In this document: in pieces, positions 40,295-48,782 of the stretch
Numbering within the stretch: the first letter of the stretch is position 1
How the letters are laid out: each line of letters starts with the position of its first letter
DNA from: Limosilactobacillus sp.
GTDB lineage: Bacteria; Bacillota; Bacilli; Lactobacillales; Lactobacillaceae
Assembly (NCBI RefSeq): GCF_051873075.1
Contig: NZ_JBJEEM010000079.1
Span: forward strand, 9,213 to 73,212
Length of the DNA stretch: 64,000 nt
Direction: 5' to 3'
The notes under the pieces: generated by a model
Told to the model about the DNA's origin: nothing
The model's input: only the letters and a program-made list of their open reading frames with translations
Databases searched by the model: none
Translations under genes and position numbers: made by a program

Positions 40295-41995
40295 TTATTG
40301 TTCATTTATCTCCTGGTAGTAGCTGTCCTCGATCCGCTTGTAGCTTCCCGGTTCAGCCTCTTCCAGCGCCGTCGCAATAGCCTCTAGACTGCCGGCATAG
40401 TTGTATTGGTTGAACAGCTTCCGGGACTTATTGGCTGCTGCCGCTACTTTGTCGTTGCCGGCAAAACGGTTGGCGTACTGTTGAAGACGTTCGGTCAATT
40501 CCGCACTGTCGCGCAAGTCATTAGTCTTATCCTGCAACTTCTCCAGGTCCGCTTCGACCATGATCAGCTGCTTGGTCACGTTCTCCATGTTGATCTTATA
40601 CTCATTCAACTCATTGGCCAGTTTCTTGATCTCGTCGTTGACTCCGAAAAAGTAGTCCATGTACTCCTGCGAAACCCCAGGCAAGTTGAGTTGTTCAACC
40701 TGCCGCCGGATCGTCCGCATTTGCACGGAATATTGCTGCAGCATCTTGCGGGCCCGCTGTTCGTCTGTTTGGAGCTTGGCCACCGCATCATTAATCTTCT
40801 TTTGCTCTTCTTCGATGTCCGTCAGCCGGTCCCGGTTGGCCTTCTCCCGGTCAACAATCTGGCTGAAGACCGCCTGGTTATTCCGGATCGCCTGGTGGTC
40901 CTCGTTATACTGCTTGACGATCGCCTTAATCTGTTCATTCAACTGCCGGGCTTTTTCAAACTCGTTGTTATTCAGTGTATAACTAAGACTCAACCGGTCT
41001 AGCTCGGCGACCAATTCATTGTTCTGCTGCTGAGCGTGCTGGGTGAAGCGCCCCATCATCTCAACTAAGTGCCGCGCTTCTGCCCGGGCGTCGATTTCCT
41101 TTTGCATCACCGCATAAAGATGGTCGATCTGAGCAGCCAGGTCACTGTTGGCTTGTTCAACCACATCCAGCTGCAGGTCATTAAGCTGCTCCAAAGTCGC
41201 CTTAACCTTGGCCTGCAGACGTTCAATCTGCTGGTCAAGGTCATCCTCGATGAAATGGTAATGCTCCCTTTGAAGTGTTTGGTAGCCGCTGGCAAGCTCG
41301 GTCAGCTGGTCTGGAAACTCGGTTACTAACGGCTTGTACAGTTCCGGCACCCGCTTGATCGTTGCGGCCACTTCCCGATTTTTTTGTTGCAAGTCGTTAA
41401 GTACTTCCTGGGCGGCATCCTGATCACCCGCCCTGGTCAAATCAACAAAGTGATCATACTGCTTCTCCAAGCTGTCCAGCTTTTCGTTCAGTTTCTTAAC
41501 GCTGTCACCATATTCAAAGTTCTTTTCATTTAATTGTTGATGGAACTTTTGATAGTTCTTCTTGATCTGGTTAATTGCCTGCTGGTGGGACTTGCTCTGC
41601 TGCTCGATATGCTGCAGGGCGGCTTCAACCTCTTTGCGGTCCGTTGCCACCTTTGCCAAGTCGGCGCGGAGATCGTTGACCTGGGAGCCGATCGTCAGGA
41701 GCTTAGTTGTCCGAGCTGCTTGCTGGAGGTTCTGGCCGGTCGCTTGAATTGCCTTGAGTTGGGGAAGCACTTTGTTAGTGTACCGCGCTTGCAATTGGTC
41801 AAATTCCTGCTTAGCATCACCGGTTAACTGGAGCTGGGCAGTTTCCTTTAATTGCTTTTCAATCTGGTTATTCATTAATTTCTGACAAGCCGTCATCAGT
41901 CCCTGCACCTGTCTGAGGACACGGTGCTGGTACCACACAGCCCCACCCAGGATAATCAAAACCACGATCAAAATTACAATTAAGATTTGAAACAT
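40295..41995 (-). CDS. ezrA: Septation ring formation regulator EzrA
   Basis: N-terminal TM (MFQILIVILIVVLIILGGAVWY) followed by about 540 aa of coiled-coil. I moved the start to ATG 41995, which has a GGTGGAG SD. Confidence 0.92.
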   Translation of the reverse strand: MFQILIVILIVVLIILGGAVWYQHRVLRQVQGLMTACQKLMNNQIEKQLKETAQLQLTGDAKQEFDQLQARYTNKVLPQLKAIQATGQNLQQAARTTKLLTIGSQVNDLRADLAKVATDRKEVEAALQHIEQQSKSHQQAINQIKKNYQKFHQQLNEKNFEYGDSVKKLNEKLDSLEKQYDHFVDLTRAGDQDAAQEVLNDLQQKNREVAATIKRVPELYKPLVTEFPDQLTELASGYQTLQREHYHFIEDDLDQQIERLQAKVKATLEQLNDLQLDVVEQANSDLAAQIDHLYAVMQKEIDARAEARHLVEMMGRFTQHAQQQNNELVAELDRLSLSYTLNNNEFEKARQLNEQIKAIVKQYNEDHQAIRNNQAVFSQIVDREKANRDRLTDIEEEQKKINDAVAKLQTDEQRARKMLQQYSVQMRTIRRQVEQLNLPGVSQEYMDYFFGVNDEIKKLANELNEYKINMENVTKQLIMVEADLEKLQDKTNDLRDSAELTERLQQYANRFAGNDKVAAAANKSRKLFNQYNYAGSLEAIATALEEAEPGSYKRIEDSYYQEINEQ

Positions 41996-42109
41996 TAAAC
42001 TCTCCACCTACAAATAAATTTGCCCTAATATAAGCTAAATACTAGTAAAATTATACCATAGGATCGCCGGGGTTGAATTATTAAAAATCGCCAATTGCTA
42101 ACAAATCAA

Positions 42110-42139
42110 TTGACGATCGTCGGTTAATCATTGTATACT
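42110..42139 (+). promoter_or_regulatory. Sigma-A-type promoter of rpsD
   Basis: TTGACG-18 nt-TATACT. It gives a roughly 170-nt 5' leader before the rpsD ATG. Confidence 0.6.
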
Positions 42140-42312
42140 AGTTTTTGTGTAAAATAATGCAGCAGTGAGGGGCAAGCTCGTCAACAGACTGATGCCGAAT
42201 GGTGTTTTTAGTAACCCAGCTGCAAGGGTGAAAGATTCAAATCAGCCTGCACGAATGCCAAGCTCACATCGGATTATTTTACTCCAACTAAATATATTGG
42301 AGGAATTTATTT

Positions 42313-42918
42313 ATGTCTCGTTACACTGGTCCAAGTTGGCGTGTATCTCGTCGTCTTGGTGTTTCACTTTCAGGTACTGGTAAGGAATTAGCACGTCGTC
42401 CATACGCTCCTGGTGACCACGGTCGTGATCGTCACGGTAAGCTTTCTGAATATGGTACGCAACTTCGTGAAAAGCAAAAGCTGCGTTTCATGTACGGAAT
42501 GACTGAACGTCAATTCTCCAACCTGTTCGTTCGTGCCGGCAAGATCAAGGAAGGTACCCACGGTGCTAACTTCATGGCCCTGCTGGAACGTCGTCTGGAC
42601 AACATGGTTTACCGTTTAGGTTTGGCTACTACTCGTCGTCAAGCTCGTCAATTGGTTAACCACGGTCACATCACTGTTGATGGCAAGCGCGTTGACATCC
42701 CTTCATACGAAGTTAATGTTAACCAAGTCATCGGTGTTCGTGAAAAGTCCAAGAACCTGGACATCATCAAGAACGCGGTTGACGCCGTTGTTTCTCGTCC
42801 ATCTTACGTTGACTTCGACGCTGACAAGCTCGAAGGTAAGTTAAACCGGATCCCTGCCCGTGAAGACATGGATGCCGACATCGATGAAGCCCTCATCGTT
42901 GAATTCTACAACAAGTAA
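42313..42918 (+). CDS. rpsD: 30S ribosomal protein S4
   Basis: 201 aa with [16 protein letters not shown]... and an S4 RNA-binding domain. GGAGGA SD. Confidence 0.98.
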   Translation: MSRYTGPSWRVSRRLGVSLSGTGKELARRPYAPGDHGRDRHGKLSEYGTQLREKQKLRFMYGMTERQFSNLFVRAGKIKEGTHGANFMALLERRLDNMVYRLGLATTRRQARQLVNHGHITVDGKRVDIPSYEVNVNQVIGVREKSKNLDIIKNAVDAVVSRPSYVDFDADKLEGKLNRIPAREDMDADIDEALIVEFYNK

Positions 42919-42936
42919 GATTGACTTACTTATACC

Positions 42937-42970
42937 AAAAAAGCAGTTCCCTTGCGGAGCTGCTTTTTTT
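42937..42970. terminator. Bidirectional intrinsic terminator between rpsD and yaaA
   Basis: AAAAAAGCAGTTCC-cttgc-GGAGCTGCTTTTTTT, with A and T tracts on both sides. Confidence 0.8.
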
Positions 42971-43712
42971 ATTTTCTGATAAATACCAGTCGGTCTGCAC
43001 TCGAATATTCTGGTGAATAGCGGTAGTTAATATCAAAGGCCTGCACCCCACTCAAGTCCACAATGTTGTTCTCAGCCAGGTAACGAACCATGTTGCCCCG
43101 GGCCATCTTAGCTAAGGTTGCCTTCTGTTTTACCCGTCCACCAATCAGTTCGCCAAAGACGCAGGTCACCAAGCGCCGCTCCCCTACCAGATAAGGGGTC
43201 ACTGCCCGGGCATACTCCTGGGAGGCCAAGTTGAGGACCAGCTGGTCGTCCCGATACAACTCCGCCGCCAACCGGTCACCCCAGAAGTCGTAGAGACTAG
43301 CGCTCCCTGCCACCTTGGCCCGATCTCCCATTCCCAAGCGGTAAGGCACAATTCCATCAAATGGACGAAGAAGGCCATAGAAGCCGGAAAGAATTCGCAG
43401 ATGGTGTTCAATGTACTCCAACCCCTGATCAGTGAAAACATCCGGAGCCATATACTGATACTGGAGCCCACGGAAAGCGAGAATTGCCGGAGTCAACCGG
43501 TGGGTTAGGTTCACCTCCTGAATACGACGATAGTTCAACGTCGCAATCTTAGTGCTGCAGTTCCACCATAACCGGTGCAACTCATCATAGGTCAGGCCCC
43601 GCATCCAGTCCAGGATCAAGCGTGTCTGGGACAAAAATTGCGGCAGGTTTTGATACGGTAGCGAGTCGGTATCGACTTGCATAGTCCGTGCCGGTGAGAC
43701 AATGATTTTCAT
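42969..43712 (-). CDS. yaaA: YaaA-family (UPF0246) peroxide stress protein
   Basis: 247 aa with an MKIIVSPARTM N-terminus and overall YaaA-like sequence. Confidence 0.85.
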   Translation of the reverse strand: MKIIVSPARTMQVDTDSLPYQNLPQFLSQTRLILDWMRGLTYDELHRLWWNCSTKIATLNYRRIQEVNLTHRLTPAILAFRGLQYQYMAPDVFTDQGLEYIEHHLRILSGFYGLLRPFDGIVPYRLGMGDRAKVAGSASLYDFWGDRLAAELYRDDQLVLNLASQEYARAVTPYLVGERRLVTCVFGELIGGRVKQKATLAKMARGNMVRYLAENNIVDLSGVQAFDINYRYSPEYSSADRLVFIRK

Positions 43713-43954
43713 CGGAATTCCTCCTTTTCACCTAAGATCTTATCATGTCTGGAAAATTTATTAAAAATTTTTATTCGTGTATTAGCTCACTTGTATGTCA
43801 ACCGGTTGGCATATTCTTTAATAAATAATTTTATAATAACGTATGTGTTACATTAGTGCTTATTGACATCCGACTCCTAACGTTGTAAATTACCATTCGT
43901 AATGTGAGTGAAAGAATTCACGAATTGAGAGAGATTAGAGAAGGAGTGTTTTTT

Positions 43955-44695
43955 ATGGATGAAGAAATTCCAGTCCAAGGCCAAGTCGCCAAGCGAACCA
44001 TTTCGCTCACGGCCAGCTGGGCATTCTTTGCATTTTCAATTGTCATTAACTCAATGGGAAACGTGCTTACCCTGGTAACCAGTTCCCATATTCACCCCCA
44101 ATTCCTGGGGTCCGCTTACTGGACCGCGGCAGAAAACAACTTGGGGATCGCAATTCTCGGTAACCGACCAACAACTTTGTTCTGGGCCTTCATGATCCTG
44201 GGAATGTTAACCTCAGTCCTAAACGCCATCTTGATGCACAAGTGGGACTGGCGGCGGATCGGTGGTAACTTCATCTTCATGTTACCATTCTCCCTATTCA
44301 TCCAGTGGTTCTCTAACATCTTTAACCGGATCATGCCTGACGCCACGACCCTGCCAATGATCATCCTTTACGTATTGATCAACTTCTTAGGAGTGGCCTT
44401 CATCGGGACCGCGATTTCAATCTATCAGCGGGCCAACCTGGTTCTGCACCCAGCTGATGATCTCTTCCAGATCATTCGCTTCCGGTACTGCCACGGGAAC
44501 GCTACTATTGCGATGTGGGCTTCCTACATTCCACCGACAATCATGGCCATCATTGCGGCCATCATCCAGGGCGGAATTTATAACTTCGGTTTAGGGACCC
44601 TGTTTGCCTTAGCATTTCAGGGTGCCATCACCGGATGGGCTGACCTCCACATTTTCCCACACCTTAAGCACCAAGCACTAGATGTTGGTAACTAA
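43955..44695 (+). CDS. Polytopic membrane protein, family not recognised (possibly YczE/YitT-like)
   Basis: About 246 aa with 6-7 predicted TM segments. I moved the start to ATG 43955, 8 nt after a GAAGGAG SD. Preceded by a 240-nt AT-rich region containing TTGACA-17 nt-TAAATT. Confidence 0.6.
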   Translation: MDEEIPVQGQVAKRTISLTASWAFFAFSIVINSMGNVLTLVTSSHIHPQFLGSAYWTAAENNLGIAILGNRPTTLFWAFMILGMLTSVLNAILMHKWDWRRIGGNFIFMLPFSLFIQWFSNIFNRIMPDATTLPMIILYVLINFLGVAFIGTAISIYQRANLVLHPADDLFQIIRFRYCHGNATIAMWASYIPPTIMAIIAAIIQGGIYNFGLGTLFALAFQGAITGWADLHIFPHLKHQALDVGN

Positions 44696-44808
44696 ATCCT
44701 ATATATAGCTAAAGCAACTCGCCAGCGCGGGTTGCTTTTTTCGTATACCAGGCGAGAAATTGTTATAATGAAGCCACCAATAAATAATCGGAAAGGATGG
44801 TTCAATTA

Positions 44809-45297
44809 ATGGCAACAAATAACCAAAAGTCCGGGACCGAGCAGCGAATCGAAAACGCAATCTACGGAACCCCCAAGATCAAGCCTGACGAGCAACGCAA
44901 GTACCTGGGAACCTTTCGGGAACGCGTCTGCCTTACCATCAGCGTCCAGGAACTGCACGAGCAAAATTGGCAAGAGGCCGTGGTTGCTGAGCTCAAACGG
45001 GGAATCGGCAACCTGGTCTTTCTAAACGGCAACCTCCCCCACGAGGAAATTCACCCCTACCTGCTCGCCACCAATCAGCATGGAGGCATCTTCACCATGA
45101 AGACCGACCCGGAATTCCGGACCAACCCGGAAGCACTGGCCGTGGTGGTCGCTGCCAAGAAGGGAGTCTACCAGTCACCGGTCGACGTTGAAAAACGCTA
45201 CCCGCAGTTTAAGATTACTTCAAAGACCGTCAAACCAGCCGTTAGTGAGCAGCACGGCTTCTTTTACCGGCTTTTCCATCAAAAGGGGGAACAATAA
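44809..45297 (+). CDS. yueI: DUF1694 (YueI-like) protein
   Basis: IENAIYGTPKIKPDEQRKYLGTFRERV resembles the YueI family. Its stop overlaps the rarA ATG (TAATG). The start could be 44797 or 44809. Confidence 0.7.
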   Translation: MATNNQKSGTEQRIENAIYGTPKIKPDEQRKYLGTFRERVCLTISVQELHEQNWQEAVVAELKRGIGNLVFLNGNLPHEEIHPYLLATNQHGGIFTMKTDPEFRTNPEALAVVVAAKKGVYQSPVDVEKRYPQFKITSKTVKPAVSEQHGFFYRLFHQKGEQ

Positions 45298-46601
45298 TGC
45301 AACAGCCCCTCGCCTATCGCATGCGGCCCCGCACTCTTGATGAGGTCGTCGGTCAACAACATCTGGTTGGCCCGGGTAAGATCATCAACCGGATGGTCAA
45401 GGCCAAGATGCTCTCCTCTATGATCCTCTACGGTCCGCCGGGTACCGGTAAGACCAGTATTGCCAGTGCCATCGCTGGTTCAACCAAGTACGCTTTTCGT
45501 AAATTAAACGCCGCTACCGATTCCAAGAAGGGCCTGCAGATTGTAGCTGAAGAGGCCAAGATGAGCGGTACAGTGATCCTCCTTCTCGATGAGATCCATC
45601 GTCTGGACAAGAGCAAGCAGGACTTCCTCCTTCCCCACTTGGAGAGCGGCCGGATTGTCCTAATCGGCGCTACCACTGAAAATCCCTATATCAGCATCAA
45701 CCCCGCCATCCGGAGCCGGACACAGATCTTTCCCGTCCACCCGCTGACCAGTGCGGATATCAAGGTCGCAATTGAGCGGGCCCTCAAGGATTCTGACCGC
45801 GGGCTCGGCCAGCTGCCGATCGAACTCGACCCAGCAGCCGAAGAACAATTGGCCACCGCCACCAACGGGGATCTGCGCAGCGCCCTCAATGGCCTGGAGT
45901 TGGCGGCCAAGTCAACTGACCCGGGAGATGACGGCACGATCCACCTGACCCTGCCGATCATCGAGGAAAGCGTTCAAAAAAAGGCCCTGGGCGCCGACAA
46001 GGACGGGGACGCCCATTACGATGTCATCTCAGCTTTCCAAAAATCTATCCGTGGCTCTGACACCGACGCGGCCCTTCACTACCTCGCCCGCCTGATTGAG
46101 GCCGGTGACTTGCCAAGCATCGCCCGGCGTCTGATGGTGATTGCCTACGAGGATATCGGTCTGGCTAACATGCCGGCCGCCCAACGCGCGGTAACCGCTG
46201 TTCAAGCCGCCGAACGGATTGGTTTCCCCGAAGCCCGGATTCCCTTGGCTGACGCAGTGATTGAGCTCTGCCTCTCGCCAAAGTCCAACTCCGGGATTGC
46301 CGCTATTGACGCGGCGATTGCCCAAGTCAAGCAGGGTGGCTTCGGCGACATCCCCGACCACTTAAAGGATGCCCATTACAAGGGAGCGGCCAAGCTGGGG
46401 CACGGTACCGACTACGACTTCCCCCATGACCACCCCCAAGACTGGGTCGCTCAGCAGTACCTCCCTGACCGGATCAAGGATGCCCAATACTTCCATCCAA
46501 AACAAAATGGCCACTTTGAACAGGCCTTAAATCGACAATACTGGCAACTCCGGCGGGCCCAGCATCAAGAGCTGCATGGGCACCATCATCCGGTGAAATA
46601 A
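45297..46601 (+). CDS. rarA: Replication-associated recombination protein A (MgsA/RarA AAA+ ATPase)
   Basis: 434 aa with MRPRTLDEVVGQQHL, Walker A GPPGTGKTS, LLLDEIHRL, and C-terminal HLKDAHYKGA...GHGTDYDFPH. Confidence 0.96.
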   Translation: MQQPLAYRMRPRTLDEVVGQQHLVGPGKIINRMVKAKMLSSMILYGPPGTGKTSIASAIAGSTKYAFRKLNAATDSKKGLQIVAEEAKMSGTVILLLDEIHRLDKSKQDFLLPHLESGRIVLIGATTENPYISINPAIRSRTQIFPVHPLTSADIKVAIERALKDSDRGLGQLPIELDPAAEEQLATATNGDLRSALNGLELAAKSTDPGDDGTIHLTLPIIEESVQKKALGADKDGDAHYDVISAFQKSIRGSDTDAALHYLARLIEAGDLPSIARRLMVIAYEDIGLANMPAAQRAVTAVQAAERIGFPEARIPLADAVIELCLSPKSNSGIAAIDAAIAQVKQGGFGDIPDHLKDAHYKGAAKLGHGTDYDFPHDHPQDWVAQQYLPDRIKDAQYFHPKQNGHFEQALNRQYWQLRRAQHQELHGHHHPVK

Positions 46602-46636
46602 TTGCCTAATTGGTTAAAAGATGCTAACATATTAAT

Positions 46637-46870
46637 TGAAGATTCTGTAGTGTACGCGTTGTCTAAACGCAGGTTTGCCTTACAGTCTTTTTACTTTGGG
46701 ACTAGTGCAGTGTCCTTTTTACAACATGCCTTTTCACTTGGTAGTTGGCGATTGGGCGGCCGTGTCCCACCTGTCTTAAACGCAGGTCAACACTGAATGA
46801 CAATTAACGGCACCAACGGAGTTTTCCAGACGGCGCGGTGATGATTTTTATTGTCACCGCGCTATTTTTA
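46637..46870 (+). ncRNA. Candidate structured non-coding RNA or leader upstream of the hypothetical/usp pair (Lacto-usp-like or short 6S-like)
   Basis: TTGCCT-17 nt-TAACAT (46602..46630) is followed by a non-coding stretch in which 46642..46674 can pair with 46769..46798. There is a 14/15-nt direct repeat GTCT(T)AAACGCAGGT (46661..46674 and 46773..46787). A strong terminator, GCGCGGTGA-12 nt-TCACCGCGC plus TATTTTT (46833..46870), closes the unit. The only ORF here (46602..46796) has no SD. Confidence 0.45.
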
Positions 46871-46891
46871 ATTCAAAGGAAATGAACATCG

Positions 46892-47185
46892 ATGCTATTA
46901 TCAATTTTTGTAACTCTCTTCGCATTAATTGCCCTCTTTGAAGGGGTCTACTTTCTCACCCACCTGAGCAAGCCCTTTTTGATCTTTGACCCGGCTAAGA
47001 GCCCCTTCGTCCACCGGCAACTCCAGATCTGGGGAGTCGTGATGACCATCCTTGGCATCATTACCTTGATTTCCGCCTGGACCAACAGCATTGCCTTCAT
47101 CGTTACCATGGTCGTGTTGGGTTGTATTCTAGAGACTCAGATGGCCTTCTCAGTCACCAGCGAATTTCGTGCAAAGAATCGCTAA
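46892..47185 (+). CDS. Small hypothetical membrane protein (3 TM)
   Basis: 97 aa and hydrophobic. There is an AAGGA SD about 11 nt upstream, and it lies directly upstream of usp. Confidence 0.55.
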   Translation: MLLSIFVTLFALIALFEGVYFLTHLSKPFLIFDPAKSPFVHRQLQIWGVVMTILGIITLISAWTNSIAFIVTMVVLGCILETQMAFSVTSEFRAKNR

Positions 47186-47251
47186 CATGGCTTTACGCCT
47201 ATTCTGCGAAAAGTGTATAATAAGGTAAAAGATTATGAGGAGGCACTAAAT

Positions 47252-47743
47252 ATGGCACAAGAATATAAACACATTTTAGTTCCAGTTGATGGATCCGCAG
47301 AAGCCGAATTAGCCTTTAAGAAGGCCGTTGCTGTTACCAAGCGGAACGGTGAAGATGCTGAATTGCGTCTGCTCCACGTTGTCGATACGCGGGCATTCCA
47401 AAACATCTCCAGCTTCGACACTTCAATGGTTGAACAGGTTACTGATACTGCCAAGAAGACTCTTGACAAGTACGTTGACTACGCCAAGAAGAACGGTGTC
47501 CAGAAAGTCAGCTATTCCATCGAATACGGAGCGCCAAAGACGATTATCGCCCGGGACGTTCCAAAGGAAATGAACGCTGACCTGATCATGATTGGGGCCA
47601 CCGGTTTAAACGCAGTTGAGCGGATTTTAATCGGTTCCGTTACCGAATACGTTACCCGGATGGCAGTCTGCGATGTCTTGGTTGTCCGGACCGACCTTGA
47701 CAACAAGCCGATTGAAAACGTAAAGAACAAGAAAAACAAGTAA
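47252..47743 (+). CDS. Universal stress protein (UspA family)
   Basis: I moved the start to MAQEYKHILVPVDGS (47252) after a GAGGAGG SD. C-terminal GATGLNAVERILIGSVTEYV is typical of Usp. Confidence 0.9.
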   Translation: MAQEYKHILVPVDGSAEAELAFKKAVAVTKRNGEDAELRLLHVVDTRAFQNISSFDTSMVEQVTDTAKKTLDKYVDYAKKNGVQKVSYSIEYGAPKTIIARDVPKEMNADLIMIGATGLNAVERILIGSVTEYVTRMAVCDVLVVRTDLDNKPIENVKNKKNK

Positions 47744-47752
47744 TTATCATCT

Positions 47753-47786
47753 AAAAAAGCTTCGTATCCGTTACGAAGCTTTTTTA
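47753..47786 (+). terminator. Intrinsic terminator after usp
   Basis: AAGCTTCGTA-tccgt-TACGAAGCTT followed by TTTT. Confidence 0.85.
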
Positions 47787-47798
47787 TTAATGAAAGCG

Positions 47799-47843
47799 AA
47801 AAGGATCATGTCTATCCAAATTTGGCTGGACATGATCCTTTTT
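47799..47843. terminator. Second, bidirectional hairpin terminator between usp and the convergent regulator
   Basis: AAAAGGATCATGTC-16 nt-GACATGATCCTTTTT, a 14-bp stem with A and T tracts on both sides. Confidence 0.75.
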
Positions 47844-47855
47844 ATAATTGCTTTG

Positions 47856-48698
47856 TTATTGTAATTTTGCCAGTTCGGTCTCGATGTCTTTTTCCATCAG
47901 AGTCCCGTGACGGGCAATGCTAAGGCTCTTCGAAATTTCAAGCGCCTGCTTGGCGTCTGCCGGCTGGTCCTTAGCAATGTAGCAACGACCAAGACACAGA
48001 TATAATTCATCCAGCATGAAAAGCGAGTCATGCTCCCGGCACATCTTGATTCCCCGATTGACCATCTCAATGGCACTGTCCGGATCACCAAGTTCCAGGT
48101 ATAGACTGGCAATCTGATCATTGATCGATGCCCACTGGTGCAGACTCCCGATCAACTTCTTGTTGTCAATCAGCTTGACTGACCGATTAGTAAGGCGGAT
48201 CGCCCGCTCACGATCATTTCGCTTCAGGTAGGCCATCGCCATTCCGGCTGTCGTCATAGCTAAATAAATATTGGCGCTGGTTGTCGCAAATTGAGTCAAG
48301 ACTAATTCAAAATTAAAGATGGCGTCGTCAATCTGATCATTTTCGACCTGGACCATTCCCAGCAGGTAGTAGTAACGCTGCTTATCAAAGTCACTATCCA
48401 GTTGCTTAACCTTGACGGAATTAAGCAACTGTTCTGCCTGATCATATTCATGCGCCGTCAGCAGGTCAATTACCTGGTTAAAGGTATCATTAACCCCACT
48501 AACTTCGTTTTCAACGATCCGATCTGACGAAATATTTAACCGCTCACAAATTGCAGTCAAGATGTCCATCTTGGGTAGTCGATTCTGCTTTTCCATCAAG
48601 CTAATCGTCGCTTGAGTACAGATGCCCTCGGCTAATGCGGTTTGCGACAAGCCCCTCTTGCGGCGAATTTGTTTTAAAACGTCTCCACGGAGTTTCAT
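47856..48698 (-). CDS. XRE-family HTH regulator with TPR-like C-terminal domain (RRNPP/Rgg-like)
   Basis: 280 aa. The N-terminal HTH is LKQIRRKRGLSQTALAEGICTQATISLMEKQNRLPKMDILTAICERLNIS. About 200 aa of TPR-like repeats follow (YYYLLGMVQVENDQIDDAI, IASLYLELGDPDSAIEM, LGRCYIAKDQPADAKQAL). GAGGA SD. Confidence 0.7.
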   Translation of the reverse strand: MKLRGDVLKQIRRKRGLSQTALAEGICTQATISLMEKQNRLPKMDILTAICERLNISSDRIVENEVSGVNDTFNQVIDLLTAHEYDQAEQLLNSVKVKQLDSDFDKQRYYYLLGMVQVENDQIDDAIFNFELVLTQFATTSANIYLAMTTAGMAMAYLKRNDRERAIRLTNRSVKLIDNKKLIGSLHQWASINDQIASLYLELGDPDSAIEMVNRGIKMCREHDSLFMLDELYLCLGRCYIAKDQPADAKQALEISKSLSIARHGTLMEKDIETELAKLQ

Positions 48699-48773
48699 TG
48701 GTTATCATCCTCAAATAAATTATCTCTCTTAGGTTACTCAAAACAACAAAATACTATTTTAACTTCCATTCGT

Positions 48774-48782
48774 ATTATAACA
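48774..48782 (-). promoter_or_regulatory. Extended -10 promoter element (TGtTATAAT) upstream of the HTH-TPR regulator
   Basis: Minus strand tcgTGTTATAATacg, about 75 nt upstream of the regulator ATG in a very AT-rich spacer. Confidence 0.5.

Noticed and set aside
46602-46796. A 64-aa ORF starting with TTG directly after the rarA stop.
   Set aside because: It has no SD and starts on the -35-like hexamer. It spans the paired arms and the repeated 14-nt element of the candidate structured RNA, so a non-coding interpretation fits better.
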